A stretch of 56,363 nt of DNA, taken from contig JBEUKZ010000102.1 of assembly GCA_048128005.1 (NCBI GenBank), positions 124,001 to 180,363 of the forward strand, given 5' to 3'. The notes under the pieces are model-generated. The model was given only the letters and a program-made list of their open reading frames with translations, was not told where the DNA came from and searched no databases. This DNA is from Veleropilina oligotropha (lineage: Eukaryota). Positions 35,054-48,339 of the stretch are shown here, piece by piece. A program made the position numbers and the translations under genes. The first letter of the stretch is position 1. Each line of letters starts with the position of its first letter.

Positions 35054-35489
35054 CCACGTTATAACGTACAGCTTCCACGTTATAACGTACAGCTTCCACG
35101 TTATAACGTGCAGCTTCCACGTTATAACGTGGAGGTTCCACGTTATAACGTGCAGCTTCCACGTTATAACGTGGAGGTTCCACGTTATAACGTGGAGGTT
35201 CCACGTTATAACGTGCAGGTTCCACGTTATAACGTGCAGCTTCCACGTTATAACGTGGAGGTTCCACGTTATAACGTGCAGCTTCCACGTTATAACGTAC
35301 AGCTTCCACGTTATAACGTGCAGCTTCCACGTTATAACGTGCAGGTTCCACGTTATAACGTGCAGGTTCCACGTTATAACGTGCAGCTTCCACGTTATAA
35401 CGTACAGCTTCCACGTTATAACGTACAGCTTCCACGTTATAACGTGCAGCTTCCACGTTATAACGTGCAGCTTCCACGTTATAACGTGC
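35054..35489. repeat. 21-bp tandem array with palindromic core CACGTTATAACGTG, mirrored at 38525-38960
   Basis: Read directly, about 21 units. Confidence 0.95.
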
Positions 35490-36802
35490 ACCCTCCACTT
35501 GATATAGAGCAGTCTCTTCGATATTTATTTCATACAGAGCCGTTGAAGGGACATGGGAGAAAAATATAATAAAGTAATCCGTGGTAAAAGTTTTGAATAC
35601 ATTCGCATGATTTCGAATCCAATCTCATAGATTACTCAATCCATTCGCACAGATGGCAAACCGTTCGCACGGTTTTGAATCCATTCCCACAGATTACCCA
35701 ATCTATTCGCACGGATTGCCATCCGTTCGCACGGTTACGAATCCGTTCGCACGGTTTCGAATCCGTTCGCACGGTTTCGAATCCATTCTCACTGATTGCA
35801 ATCCGTTCGCACATATTGAGATTGCAATCCCGGAGCACGACCTCATCGTATGTGGCATGCACTCCTTCAAATTGAACTGAACTGTAAAATACTAATACTA
35901 AATACAGGTACATCTTTCAATGAATAAATATTTATTTTTATACATGTGCATGAGCCAATAAATGAGGCAAGGAAGTGGTCGCCTTCATGGAAATGTCGTG
36001 GAAATGACATACATTGTAAGGTCAAGGTCATTTTCGTGTATTTCCAATCTGAACTTAAAGATTGCTTTCTGTCAAATAGAAGACGAACTACGTTTTTCAT
36101 ATTTGGCATACACCTTGTATACCACCAGGCCTTGCCGAAGTTCAGAGATGGGGTCAATTGATAAAGGTCAAGGTCGTTTTCGTGTATTTCCAATCTGGAT
36201 TTGGAAGATTGATTTCTGTCAAATAGAAAACGAACCGCTGGACCTATGGTTTTCATATTTGTTACTGGTATGTTATTTACACTTATTTATACCCTATGTA
36301 TAAATGTTTTCCCATTGTAGCGGGCGCACGGTGTCCGAGTGTGTTGGGGGAGTGTGCTAAATCTACTTGGCTGCACGTTATAACGTGGAACATACACGAA
36401 TCGAATGATGTACTCTTCGGGTGTTAAACCACCTTGAAATTACGGAGCCGTAAAAGGGACATGTGATAAAAATATAATAAATTAACTGTTTTGAATACAT
36501 TCGCACGGTTTCGAATCCATTCCCACAGATTAATCAATCCTTTCGCACAGATTGCAAACCGTTCGCACGGTTTTGAATCCGTTCCCACAGATTACCCAAT
36601 CTATTCGCACGGATTGCAATCCGTTCGCACGTTTTCGAATCCGCTCGCACGGTTTGCAATCCTTTCGCACGGTTTCGAATCCGTTCCCACGACTAAAATC
36701 ACACTTACGAAATCTCAGTCTATATACCTATAGTCATAGCTTCGGAATTGCAGTAGTATAGACGTACACACATACGCATAGGTAGATACCTTGTTCTTAA
36801 AA

Positions 36803-37150
36803 ATGAATTTGGAAGAAAAATTCAATGTTATTGCGCATTATTTTGAAGTTGGTTTAAAATATCTGTATATATGCCATGCAATCTGTCATGGAGAAATAAT
36901 ATCGGAAAGGCATTTGAAAAGGAACTTAAAAGCAATGTGTCTCTGTCGTCGCAAGCAATACAGCAACATCGGGGATATCTTCGATTTTATTCAAAAGGAA
37001 ATGCAAGAAAGTTGACGCCTTCATGGATATCGTTGGATGCACGAGAAATGTCGTGGAAATGACATACATTGTAAGCAGGAAGATGTCCGCATTATTATGG
37101 GTATTCTTGACCCCGAGGGTATGGTGCAGAGACGCAAAAGACGGCTTATA
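36803..37150 (+). pseudogene. N-terminal fragment of an IS3EU-like integrase-type transposase
   Basis: HYF.VGLKY...HG.IISERHLKR.LK..L.RRKQYS; next segment LHGYRWMHEKC...EDVRIIMGILDPEG..RRKRRL. Interrupted by a stop; the catalytic core is missing. Confidence 0.65.
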
Positions 37151-39897
37151 CAGTGGTGCGCATGTATGAGCTATTGACACACTGACGACAGGAGTGATGA
37201 ACGACACCTCTATTTTGTTTACAACCATTAGATCAGAACCTGAAAGGGAGAAAATGACATGCAAAAATTATTAGGACATGGATGTACGTTGAGATGTATA
37301 CGAACATGTGCTTCTGACATATATTTGCCTGTATTGTATGCTTTTCGACCACTTTAACTATCTTTCAGTGACATCGCTTTGACGATCATCGGTTTACCGT
37401 CTCCATCCGAACAGATGGACAATGTACGCTATGGTCGGCTATTATATGAATGTGGGTAAATCTTTTGTCCCATTTAATGCACTGTATCGGGCCATTTCGG
37501 GATTAGTCCGTATTGTTGTAGAAAGAAGCGCGGATTAACCAGTGAAACCAAGCGCCTCGGTCGGTTTTGGACAACTGTGTCTGATAACATCGCAATATAT
37601 CCGAGAGTATTTCAAGCCACACATCGAAGCCAGTGCAGACAGGCCAAGTAGATTTAGCACACTCCCCCAACACACTCGGACACCGTGCGCCCGCTACAAT
37701 GGGAAAACATTTATACATAGGGTATAAATAAGTGTAAATAACATACCAGTAACAAATATGAAAACCATAGGTCCAGCGGTTCGTTTTCTATTTGACAGAA
37801 ATCAATCTTCCAAATCCAGATTGGAAATACACGAAAACGACCTTGACCTTTATCAATTGACCCCATCTCTGAACTTCGGCAAGGCCTGGTGGTATACAAG
37901 GTGTATGCCAAATATGAAAAACGTAGTTCGTCTTCTATTTGACAGAAAGCAATCTTTAAGTTCAGATTGGAAATACACGAAAATGACCTTGACCTTGCAA
38001 TGTATGTCATTTCCACGACATTTCCATGAAGGCGACCACTTCCTTGCCTCATTTATTGGCTCATGCACATGTATAAAAATAAATATTTATTCATTGAAAG
38101 ATGTACCTGTATTTAGTATTAGTATTTTACAGTTCAGTTCAGTTTGAAGGAGTGCATGCCACATACGATGAGGTCGTGCTCCGGGATTGCAATCTCAATA
38201 TGTGCGAACGGATTGCAATCAGTGAGAACGGATTCGAAACCGTGCGAACGGATTCGAAACCGTGCGAACGGATTCGTAACCGTGCGAACGGATGGCAATC
38301 CGTGCGAATAGATTGGGTAATCTGTGGGAATGGATTCAAAACCGTGCGAACGGTTTGCCATCTGTGCGAATGGATTGAGTAATCTATGAGATTGGATTCG
38401 AAATCATGCGAATGTATTCAAAACTTTTACCACGGATTACTTTATTATATTTTTCTCCCATGTCCCTTCAACGGCTCTGTATGAAATAAATATCGAAGAG
38501 ACTGCTCTATATCAAGTGGAAGGTGCACGTTATAACGTGGAAGCTGCACGTTATAACGTGGAAGCTGCACGTTATAACGTGGAAGCTGTACGTTATAACG
38601 TGGAAGCTGTACGTTATAACGTGGAAGCTGCACGTTATAACGTGGAACCTGCACGTTATAACGTGGAACCTGCACGTTATAACGTGGAAGATGCACGTTA
38701 TAACGTGGAAGCTGTACGTTATAACGTGGAAGCTGCACGTTATAACGTGGAACCTCCACGTTATAACGTGGAAGCTGCACGTTATAACGTGGAACCTGCA
38801 CGTTATAACGTGGAACCTGCACGTTATAACGTGGAACCTCCACGTTATAACGTGGAAGCTGCACGTTATAACGTGGAACCTCCACGTTATAACGTGGAAG
38901 CTGCACGTTATAACGTGGAAGCTGTACGTTATAACGTGGAAGCTGTACGTTATAACGTGGAAATATTATTTTTTTTACATTCGAATGTGATACCATCCGG
39001 CTTTCGTAATATCGCGATAACAGCGATGAAATGTTTTATAAAAGGCTAAAAATTTAATAGTTACTGAAGCGATATACCTGAAATTTTCAAGAAAGATAGA
39101 TTACGGTAACCTTGCTTAATGGTGGAAATTATATCACGGAATTAGCAGTATTTAAAGAGCTATCACAAATATCGCAATGTCTCGATGATTTTGACATCAG
39201 AACAAAAATTGTTGCTACAAAGTCTCTCAAACACATAAAGTATATCGATAAGAGTTGCAGATATGTCCCACTCTGTCACTTGGTAAAATGTGAGGTGTTT
39301 TGTTTCAGTAGTTACAGATTTATGGCATTTATTTGCAGTTTGCTTTGGTTGATTTCTAAAATGCTTATAAAGTTCACATTTCACATTATTTTCAAATATT
39401 TTCGCTGATATCAATATCATTTCATCATGACTATGATTTTCATAATGAATTTACATAATTTAAATCGATTTGGCGAAATTAGAAATTGAACCCCTATTTT
39501 TTAAATTTTAAATCCCCCTGGTGGCCATCTTGTGTAAGATAGATTCTATATAATTCATGTTGTCATTGGCCCCTGATCTAAAGAACATTTTGAGCCTATT
39601 TTGAAGTTTGGACGATGAAGCGTTTTAATGCTACAGCCGAAAACCTGCAAACCAGATATTGCGTCATAAAATCCTGACCCGAATCACAATCCGGACCATC
39701 TTCGAGGAGGACCAAGCCAGGGAGAAACCATACCTTGTGTAAAAATTTCAACTAAATAGGATTTAGAGTTATGCGAATGGACATACATACATACATACGG
39801 AGCCGATTGCAATACCCTCACCTCTCCTCCGGAGGCGAGGGTAATAAACTGGGTGTTTGGAGTGCATTTTAAGATAATCACTATATAATATGGTTGA

Positions 39898-41022
39898 CCA
39901 AATGTGTCTATGTTCAATAAATATATTCATGCAATATAGCACATATATAAAACAAATATCGAAGGCATAGAAATGCTTCATGGTATCGATTATATATGTA
40001 TGCAATATCGCACGCATATATATGCTCGCCTATATTTCACGTACACTTGTATTCAATTTAAAATATATATGTTTCAAAATATCGAACATATATTTTACCT
40101 AGTATGATAGATTGCACATACAAATAAAATTGCGGTAAATTTTTTTAATTGATATAGGAACATTCTACATAAATATATTGTGTTAGATATGTTATAAATA
40201 AAACAAATAAATCAAGTTCAATGATAGCATAATATTTATATGCAAAATTGGTATAAAATTGTCCAATATGCACTGAAGTCTTCAGATCTTGAATGAAAAT
40301 ACCCAAATATCGAATAAGAATTTATTCAAATTCGCACATATATTTGTCATTTATTGGACATATATGTGTCATTTATTGAATACATATTTGTAAATTATCG
40401 AACGTATATAGTGTGTACACCATTTATATGTTCGATACCTGCGTATTGGGTGATGCGCAGTAAAACAAAATGGATGCTTTGCTGATTATCGGTTACGTGG
40501 TGAAAACTCAACAAACAAAGTTAATACATTGTTTATCGCTACATTGTTGTTATATTTCATCATAAGAACTATGGGAGAAAGGGTGTCAGCCAAAATTGCA
40601 CGCTGTTTCAAGCTAAAATATCGTTTTCTGATTCAAGTTATGTCAAATAGTTCGGTGACCTATTTAAATGTGTAGCGAATGTAGCACACTTCGCACCTCG
40701 CTAGTTCGAATAATTTTGTTAAAGCATATGTTCCGGCAATGTTAGATGCTAAAATCGCTTATACTTCATATACGGCGATGTTGTCCAGGGAAATTACTTT
40801 ACAGAGACCACTAAGCATAGAATAATGAATATTATCGTTATGGATTAATTGTGGTGCCGTAATATTTAATTCCGATTATACACACTAGCGTGTGCAGAGT
40901 ACCATGTCATTTAAAATGTGTCCACAGCGTAAAGCGCAGTTATTCTCATATACGAAAAACTAACGACGGACTTAGGGAAAGCATATAATAATTATGGTAC
41001 GGGATTAGCGATCAAAACTATA

Positions 41023-41058
<36 letters not shown>

Positions 41059-41918
41059 CCTATATGCAAATAATATTTAATGTTTTTATGTGCGACTGAT
41101 TCAGTAACTCCTTTGACGATGACATTGTGTCATTTACCATTCCAACAAGTGTCATCCAACAAATTTGTCCACATTTAATACCAATCGATCCACAACTATT
41201 GTAAATTATTGGTTTAACTGCTGTCATAGTCCACTGAATGACCGAGTCGTACATTCAGCAAAATGGCTCGAATTAGCCAAATCGCGAAAGAACTCGTTAC
41301 CATTTCCGTGATCAGTCCAATCAAAATCGAATGTAAATATTGCAGTGACAAAAATATATGTGTGAAAATGCATATATATACGTTTGATATTCTGCATGTA
41401 TATGTCCTAAAATGACAGACAATTCATCCAATTATCGCACATATAACTATAATCTCAAACAAATATACAGGATAAATGTAACTTAAATATAACACTACAG
41501 TATTTCATTATTGGATAAAAATAAGCCTTAGAACAACTTTTTTTGTTGTTCAATATTTGAAATGCATTTCAAAATAAATACATTTAAATATGTGTCAAAT
41601 TAATAATGCCGAACTTTAAATATTTTCGATCTTGAAATAAATAAATGCAATTATCGAAGAAAGTTTTATCCATTATAGAATATTAATTATGAACATTATC
41701 GAATGGATTTGCTTCTGTCGGGACGAACTTTATATATTTGATATTTATGAAATATATTTTAGAGATTAACTACTAAATATTGTCAAACATCTCATATGAA
41801 AATATGGTTAATTTATGGGAATATACACGTTCTATAATTGAATGGAAATATGCAATATTGGATATATATTTGAATATATCTAATGAAAATTTGTTTTATT
41901 GAACATAGACACATTTGG
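39898..41918. mobile_element. Non-autonomous TIR element
   Basis: 24-bp TIR CCAAATGTGTCTATGTTCAATAAA / TTTATTGAACATAGACACATTTGG. Confidence 0.7.
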
Positions 41919-41984
41919 AATGCCATAATGTAAACATGTGGTTATCATTCACAAAAAAAATAAAATAAAGCCAAATTAAAAAAA

Positions 41985-43438
41985 ATGAAACATTGCAAAT
42001 AACGAGTATATTTTGACCTCTATGACCTTGACCTTTGACCAAAGGCCATTTTTCGTATTTGTTATATGATGTACTAACCCTAAAGGAATAGTTTGGCTCC
42101 GAAAAATAAAAAAATTACGAAAAATAAAAAAATCTAAATATAGAAAATTTGTGAAGGTCACTACGCAAAATAAAAAAATTACGAAAAATAAAACAATCTA
42201 AATATAGAAAATTTGTGAAGGTCACTACGCAGACGTCAAAGTTTAAATGATTAAAATTTTACTGCCATGCACAGGTTTGAAGAATAGGCAACACATCTAA
42301 GAAAAAATTAGAAGGCTAACATGGTTGGTCTCCGAGAACCGGCCCGGACAAAATTTAAGGGTCAAACGTCATTGCTGCAAGGTCAAAGGTCATTCACGTG
42401 AAATTTCGCCACCATGCACTAGCGTATAATAAGGGTAGTTAGCATACCACATGAAATCAAGGTAACATGTTTGGTAGCCGAGATATAGACCGGACAACAT
42501 TGCAAATTGCGAATATATTTTGACCTCTGTTACCTTGACCTTTGACCAAAGGCCATTTTTCGTATTTGTATATGATGTACTAACCCTAAAGGAATAGTTT
42601 GGCCCCGAAAAATAAAAAATTACGTAAAATAAAAAATCTAAATATAGAAATTTTGTGAAGGTCACTACGCAGAGGTCAAAGGATCAAAATTTTATTGCCA
42701 TGCACAGGTTTTAAGTATAGGCAACAAATCTAAAAAAAAATTAGAAGGCTAACATGGTTGGTCTCCGAGAACCGGCCCGGACAAAATTTAAGGGTCAAAG
42801 GTCATTGCCGCAAGGTCAAAGGTCATTCACATGAAATTTCGCCACCATGCACTAGCGTATGACAAGGGTAGTTAGCATACAATATGAAATCAAGGTAACA
42901 TGTTTGGTAGCCGAGATATAGGCCGGACAACATTGAAAATTGTGAGTATATTTTGACCTCTGTGACCTTGACCTTTGACCAAAGGCCATTTTTCGTATTT
43001 GTTATATGATGTACTAACCCTAAAGGAATAGTTTGGCCCCGAAAAAAAAAAAAATTTCGAAAAATAAAAAAATCTAAATATAGAAAATTTGTGAAGGTCA
43101 CTACGCAGACGTCAAAGGTCAAATGATCAAAATTTTACTGCCATGCACAGGTTTTAAGCATAGGCAACACATCTAAAAAAAAAATAGAAGGCTAACATGT
43201 TTGGTCTCCGAGAACCGGCCCGGACAAAATTTAAGGGTCAAAGGTCATTGCCGCAAGGTCAAAGGTCATTCACGTGAAATTTCGCCAACATGCACTAGCG
43301 TATGATAAGGGTAGTTAGCATACCATATGAAATCAAGGTAACATGTTTGGTAGCCGAGATATAGGCCGGACAACATGGACCGCCCGCCCGCCTCGGGCGA
43401 TGACAATAACCCCAGCCTTTTTTAGGCTGGGGTTAAAA
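41985..43438 (-). mobile_element. HINE-like element with ~435-bp tandem core repeats; relative at 55480-56335
   Basis: About 3 repeats (GGTCTCCGAGAACCGGCCCGGAC at ~42327, 42760, 43203); terminal hairpin AACCCCAGCCT...AGGCTGGGGTT. Confidence 0.75.
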
Positions 43439-46400
43439 ACCGACCATGTTAAACTTTTATAATTATATGACTTTAATAACATTTAAGCTTTCCATTTCTC
43501 AGTTCTAAATCGCATAAAATGGCCGTTGTTATGGAAGCAATTTTATGGTACATTCCAACAATAAAGCGTCTATGGATACATTTTAACAACACTGGTTGAG
43601 CAGATGGGGTGAATGTGTTCCGACATAATTTCACGAAAACAGGCGAGTTAACAAATTGACAATATCTGGTATTAGGGAAGATAATCCTCAATTCTTGCAA
43701 AATAAATATCATCTACGCAGTCGTCTCCAAAATCTGTGTCCTTTATAATTATATTCTTGAAGTCACTACACTACTTAAGTCAATAAATTCACCGATTTAT
43801 TGTCCAGATCATATCAATGCAAAATGCTTGTTGAGATATGTATTGACCTGAACTAAGTATGCAGGAATTGCAGCTTGTATATTTCGATGGACATCGATCG
43901 TAATCATCTACTTACAATCCATCGTAACCACCCACTTATAACCGATCGTAGCCATCCACTTACAGTCCATCTAATCATCTACTTCCAATCGATCGTAACC
44001 ATCTACTTACATTCCATGGTAACCAAACCAAATTCGTTGGAGAGGGCTTCACAACATATCAATACCGTTGATTTATTAAACACGTATTACATACGTTAAA
44101 CAATTTATTATAAACAAGTGTTTATTAAAGCTGTACACATCATAATTTATGTGACAAAATGATGCAATAAAAAGTATTCTTGCATCATTATAAGCCGGTC
44201 TGTCGTGCGTCACCGTTTCTTCAGAGGCTGCAGTTGTATCCCCATTGCTCGCCGGGTGGCATCTTCTTTCGGAGTATCTGTTCAATGGATATTCCGTTTG
44301 TCATCATTCCGTCATTCCTTTCCGTTGTATCCGATATATCAGTGCATATATAACACACTAAAACAAAAACGATATCATTTAATTGGGAGTTTATAGCGAT
44401 CTCATGGTGTACTAGTATCTAATCTTGGCTATATACACTGACTACAGTCTTTGGACGATATGTCACCAAAATGAAGGAAATCGAACAGCCAAGGCTCCGT
44501 AATTTGATCGTAAATATCATATTCTTTATTTTCTTCAAATTAACTAAATTAAATGGTATTGATAGCTTATTTGCAAAATGTCATTGAAAATATTAAATTG
44601 TTACATTCATTAAAGAGACTATTGCCCGTAAATGCGCTCTTGTGTGACTGTGTAGCATGACTGATCACCCTTTATCGCACGGTTCGCGCAGATTGATACC
44701 AAATTTCGCGAAGATATGAATGATTATATGATCAAATGATATAGTTTTATTGAAATTATTAATGTAACTGGGCAATATAATTATAATTGTCTATTTTAGA
44801 AAGCTATCTTATTTGACGAGCAGAAACCTATGCAACGTGGCTCCAACTTGATCAATTGGAAATGTCACTCGGTGCGAGGTAATTAAACGCGAGGTTTAAA
44901 ATCCTCTTTTGGGAACGCCTAACGAGAGCCATAAGAGGCGAAATAATATAGGACTAGTTTAATATTCTGAATCTGCTACTCAAATATTACGTCATAGCTG
45001 ATCCATTAACTTAGATTCTACTCCGCATCGTATATATATTATACTCAGATTTGGTATATTTTTGTAATATTTTGAATTGTATAATATTTGTATTTTTAGG
45101 GGGATGAAGTACGAGAACATCGTTCTGACTGGGTCAGTGTAGGTTCCACTCCCAGTCGATAGCACTTCAATCATATTATTAGTCCATGACCTGTGAATGG
45201 GCTAGAGTGTCTTTCATAGGATATTTCATAGTTTCCAAACACGATCACAATGTGACATGGAAATGTTCCAATATAAACCCAAATTTTAAAACCGACCATG
45301 TTAAACTTTTATAATTATATAACTTTAATAACATTTAAGCTTTCCACTTCTCAGTTCTAAATCGCATAAAATGGCCGTTGTTATGGAAGCAATTTTATGT
45401 TACATTCCAACAATAAAGAGTCTATGGATACATTTTAACAACACTGGTTAAGCAGATCGATCGTAATCATCTACTTACAATCCATCGTAACTACCCACTT
45501 ATAACCGATCGTAGCCATCCCCTTACAGTCCATCTAATCATCTTCGTCCAATCGATCGCAACCATCTACTTACATTCCATGGTAACCGAACCAAATTCGT
45601 TGGAGGGGGCTTCACACCATATCAATACCGTTGATTTATTATACACGTATTACATCAGTTAAACAATTTATTATAACAAGTGTTTATTAAAGTCTTAAAG
45701 TTGTACACATCATAATATATGTGACAAAATGATGCAATAAAAAGTATTCTTGCATCATTATAAGCCGGTCTGTCGTGCGTCACCGTTTCTTCAGAGGCTG
45801 CAGTTGTATCCCCATTGCTCGCCGGGTGGCCCACATCTACTTTCGGAGTATCTGTTCAATGGATATTCCGTTATTCTTTTCCGTTGTATTCGATATATCA
45901 GTGCATATATAGCACACTAAAACAAAAACGATATCATTTAATTGGGAGTTTATAGCGATCTCATGGTGTACTAGTATCTAATCTTGGCTATATATACTGA
46001 CTACAGTCTTTGGACGATATGTCACCAAAATGAAGGAAATCGAACAGCCAAGGCTCCGTAATTTGATCGTAAATATCATATTCTTGATTTTCTTCAAATT
46101 AACTAAATTAAATGGTATTGATAGCTTATTTGCAAAATGTCATTGAAAATATTAAATTGTTACATTCATTAAAGTGACTATTGCCCGTGAATGCGCTCTT
46201 GTGTGACTGTGTAGCACGACTGATCACCCTCTATCGCACGGTTCGCGTAGATTGATACAAATTTCGCGAAGATATGAATGATAATATTATCAAATGATAT
46301 AGTTTTATTGAAATTATTAATGTAACTAGGCAATATAATTATAATTGTCTATTTTAGAAAGCTATCTTATTTGACGAGCAGAAACCTACGCAACGTGGCT

Positions 46401-46449
46401 CCAACTTGATCAATTGGAAATGTCACTCGGTGCGAGGTAATTAAACGCG
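43436..46449 (+). repeat. Tandem duplication: 43436-44890 vs 45287-46449
   Basis: Both begin AAAACCGACCATGTTAAAC. The first copy has an extra ~290 bp (43604-43894). Confidence 0.9.
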
Positions 46450-46621
46450 GACGGCGTTTAATTATTTTTGAATATTCAGTAGCGATTAACTTAAACGGTA
46501 GCAAGTAACTGACGAAAGTTGAGTGTTGAAAATTCCTAGCTTTTTAAGTTATAAACAAAAAGTGTAATGCGGTTAGTTTTCTTTTTAAAGAAATAAGAGC
46601 GCATTACCGGCAATACTCTCT
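46173..46621. mobile_element. Kolobok-like MITE with TTAA TSD; relative at 50308-50748, truncated copy at ~44614-44890
   Basis: TTAA|AGTGACTATTGCCCGT..GCGCTCTT ... AAGAGCGC..CGGCAATACTCTCT|TTAA. Confidence 0.75.
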
Positions 46622-47639
46622 TTAAAGATGCTGAATCTACATTAGTATGATATTTCATATAAAAGAAAACCATAAATACGATATGGTATCCATACATGAC
46701 ATGTTTTTAGGACGAAGGAAAAGTCAAAATGCAACAAAAGGTGTTGCTAGCATTTAATAATCGCTTCAGCCGAAGTGGTATTTTATTCGAGCGCGTTAAT
46801 CCCCCGAGCCATCTTATCTCATTTATCGTTATTGGGTCAAACGTCACGTGGTCACGTCGATATGATTGACAACGTGCAGAGCAAGCAAATGGCGTTGCAG
46901 CTAGGTCAGTGTTTATTAGCGGTTCGCTGAAATTGATGTATTGCATTGAAACATATAGCTAGTTTCTCATAATTGTAGTATATGGCAGCAATACTAACAT
47001 AATAACCATATTTCTTTCACCAACTAATTAGGCCTATTGCGCACCGCGACATTGTAATGGCATTGGGCATTCACTGTTTCAAGTGCTTCACTGTTTGTTT
47101 ACAAGTTGGAGTAGCCGCATCCAATTTTCATTGATCGCGTTATTTATTATTTCAAATTTTTTGCATACATCCATTTTATAATCAGAAGCAGTCGCAGTCG
47201 ATAACGGCGGCCTGCCTCTATTTCTCTTGTCGACATCCGCCATGGAAACCGATATAAACAAAACTCAGACAAGGACGACCTAGAAAGGACCCGGTATAAA
47301 TAGATTGTGGGAGTGATTTTAGGGCGGAGCTAAGTGACGTGTTGATTCCGCCGAGCCGTCGTTCATTTCCGTACAAATTTCGTGTACAATCGGCTCGAAT
47401 TATGAGCGCGCGCTCATAATTCAATAAAAAAACTTCAAATATTTATTACTAAGTGAAAAACAATTTTGCCGTGTGTGATAATCGCTGAAACGTCCTAACT
47501 ATATGCAATAAATCAATGCAGAAACTGTAAGATAGAACAGCATTTAAATACGTTTTAGCGATCTGAAGTAGATCCTGCATCTTTAATATATTATGTCTAT
47601 GACTTGCAACGTCATATTCAGGCGCGGATCCAGGAGAGG

Positions 47640-47940
47640 GCGTACTGGCTTGGCGCGTGCCTTCGAGGCGTGATGCGTCTGTGGCATGGCAATTTATGGC
47701 TGAAAGTACTGACATAAATTAGTTTTAAAACGTAAAGAAATGAGTTAAAAAACGCAATAAAATAAGTTTAAAGGTAAATAAAGTCATGTGATAAAGAAGA
47801 TATGAAACTTGTTTCCATTTCATATGAGAATTATGAAACTCGTCAGCAAATTTATGTACCTCGCCAAGGCTCGGTACATAAATTGTGCCCGACTCGTTTC
47901 ATAATTCTCATATGAAATGGACACACGTTCGATATCCTCT
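47640..47940. mobile_element. Partial Crypton-like hairpin element, same family as 53870-54395
   Basis: Palindrome ~47797-47937 centred on CCTCGCCAAGGCTCGG. Confidence 0.6.
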
Positions 47941-48339
47941 AAATGTTGCACGTCAGTTTCATATATGCTGGACAGGAATGTGTGACAAAAATGACGCATA
48001 TTAATATTAATAGAAACATGACACATATTAATATTAATAGAAACATGACGCATATTAATAATAGCACCATTAATTGTCAAAAATTTCTGACAATCAGAGG
48101 GTCCGATCTCCATTTGAAAATGAGAAATGCATGTTTCATTGCGAAAACCCCCGAAATATTTACTCATACTTTTAGTGAAAACGGTTCATAAATGTTTGTA
48201 AGAAATATCGCGTTTGCACTGGCAGAATGCAGAAGAGAGGGTTTCACATCGTTAATTATCAAAATATTCTGGGGGTCTAGGCGGCCCCCCCCTCTAGAAA
48301 ATAAAAAAATTGATTGTGAGAAAACGAAAAATGTCTTCA

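Larger units (their letters stand above)
35006..39008. mobile_element. IS3EU-type DNA transposon (non-autonomous) with ~1.37-kb inverted arms
   Basis: Termini TAC...GTA and a perfect 6-bp TSD ATATCG (35000-35005, 39009-39014). Arms are 35006-~36371 and ~37643-39008. Internal transposase remnant. Confidence 0.85.

Noticed and set aside
35054..35489. CRISPR array or repeat protein (PRYNVQL / LHVITWK ORFs)
   Set aside because: No unique spacers and no cas genes, eukaryotic context; it is a subterminal transposon array.
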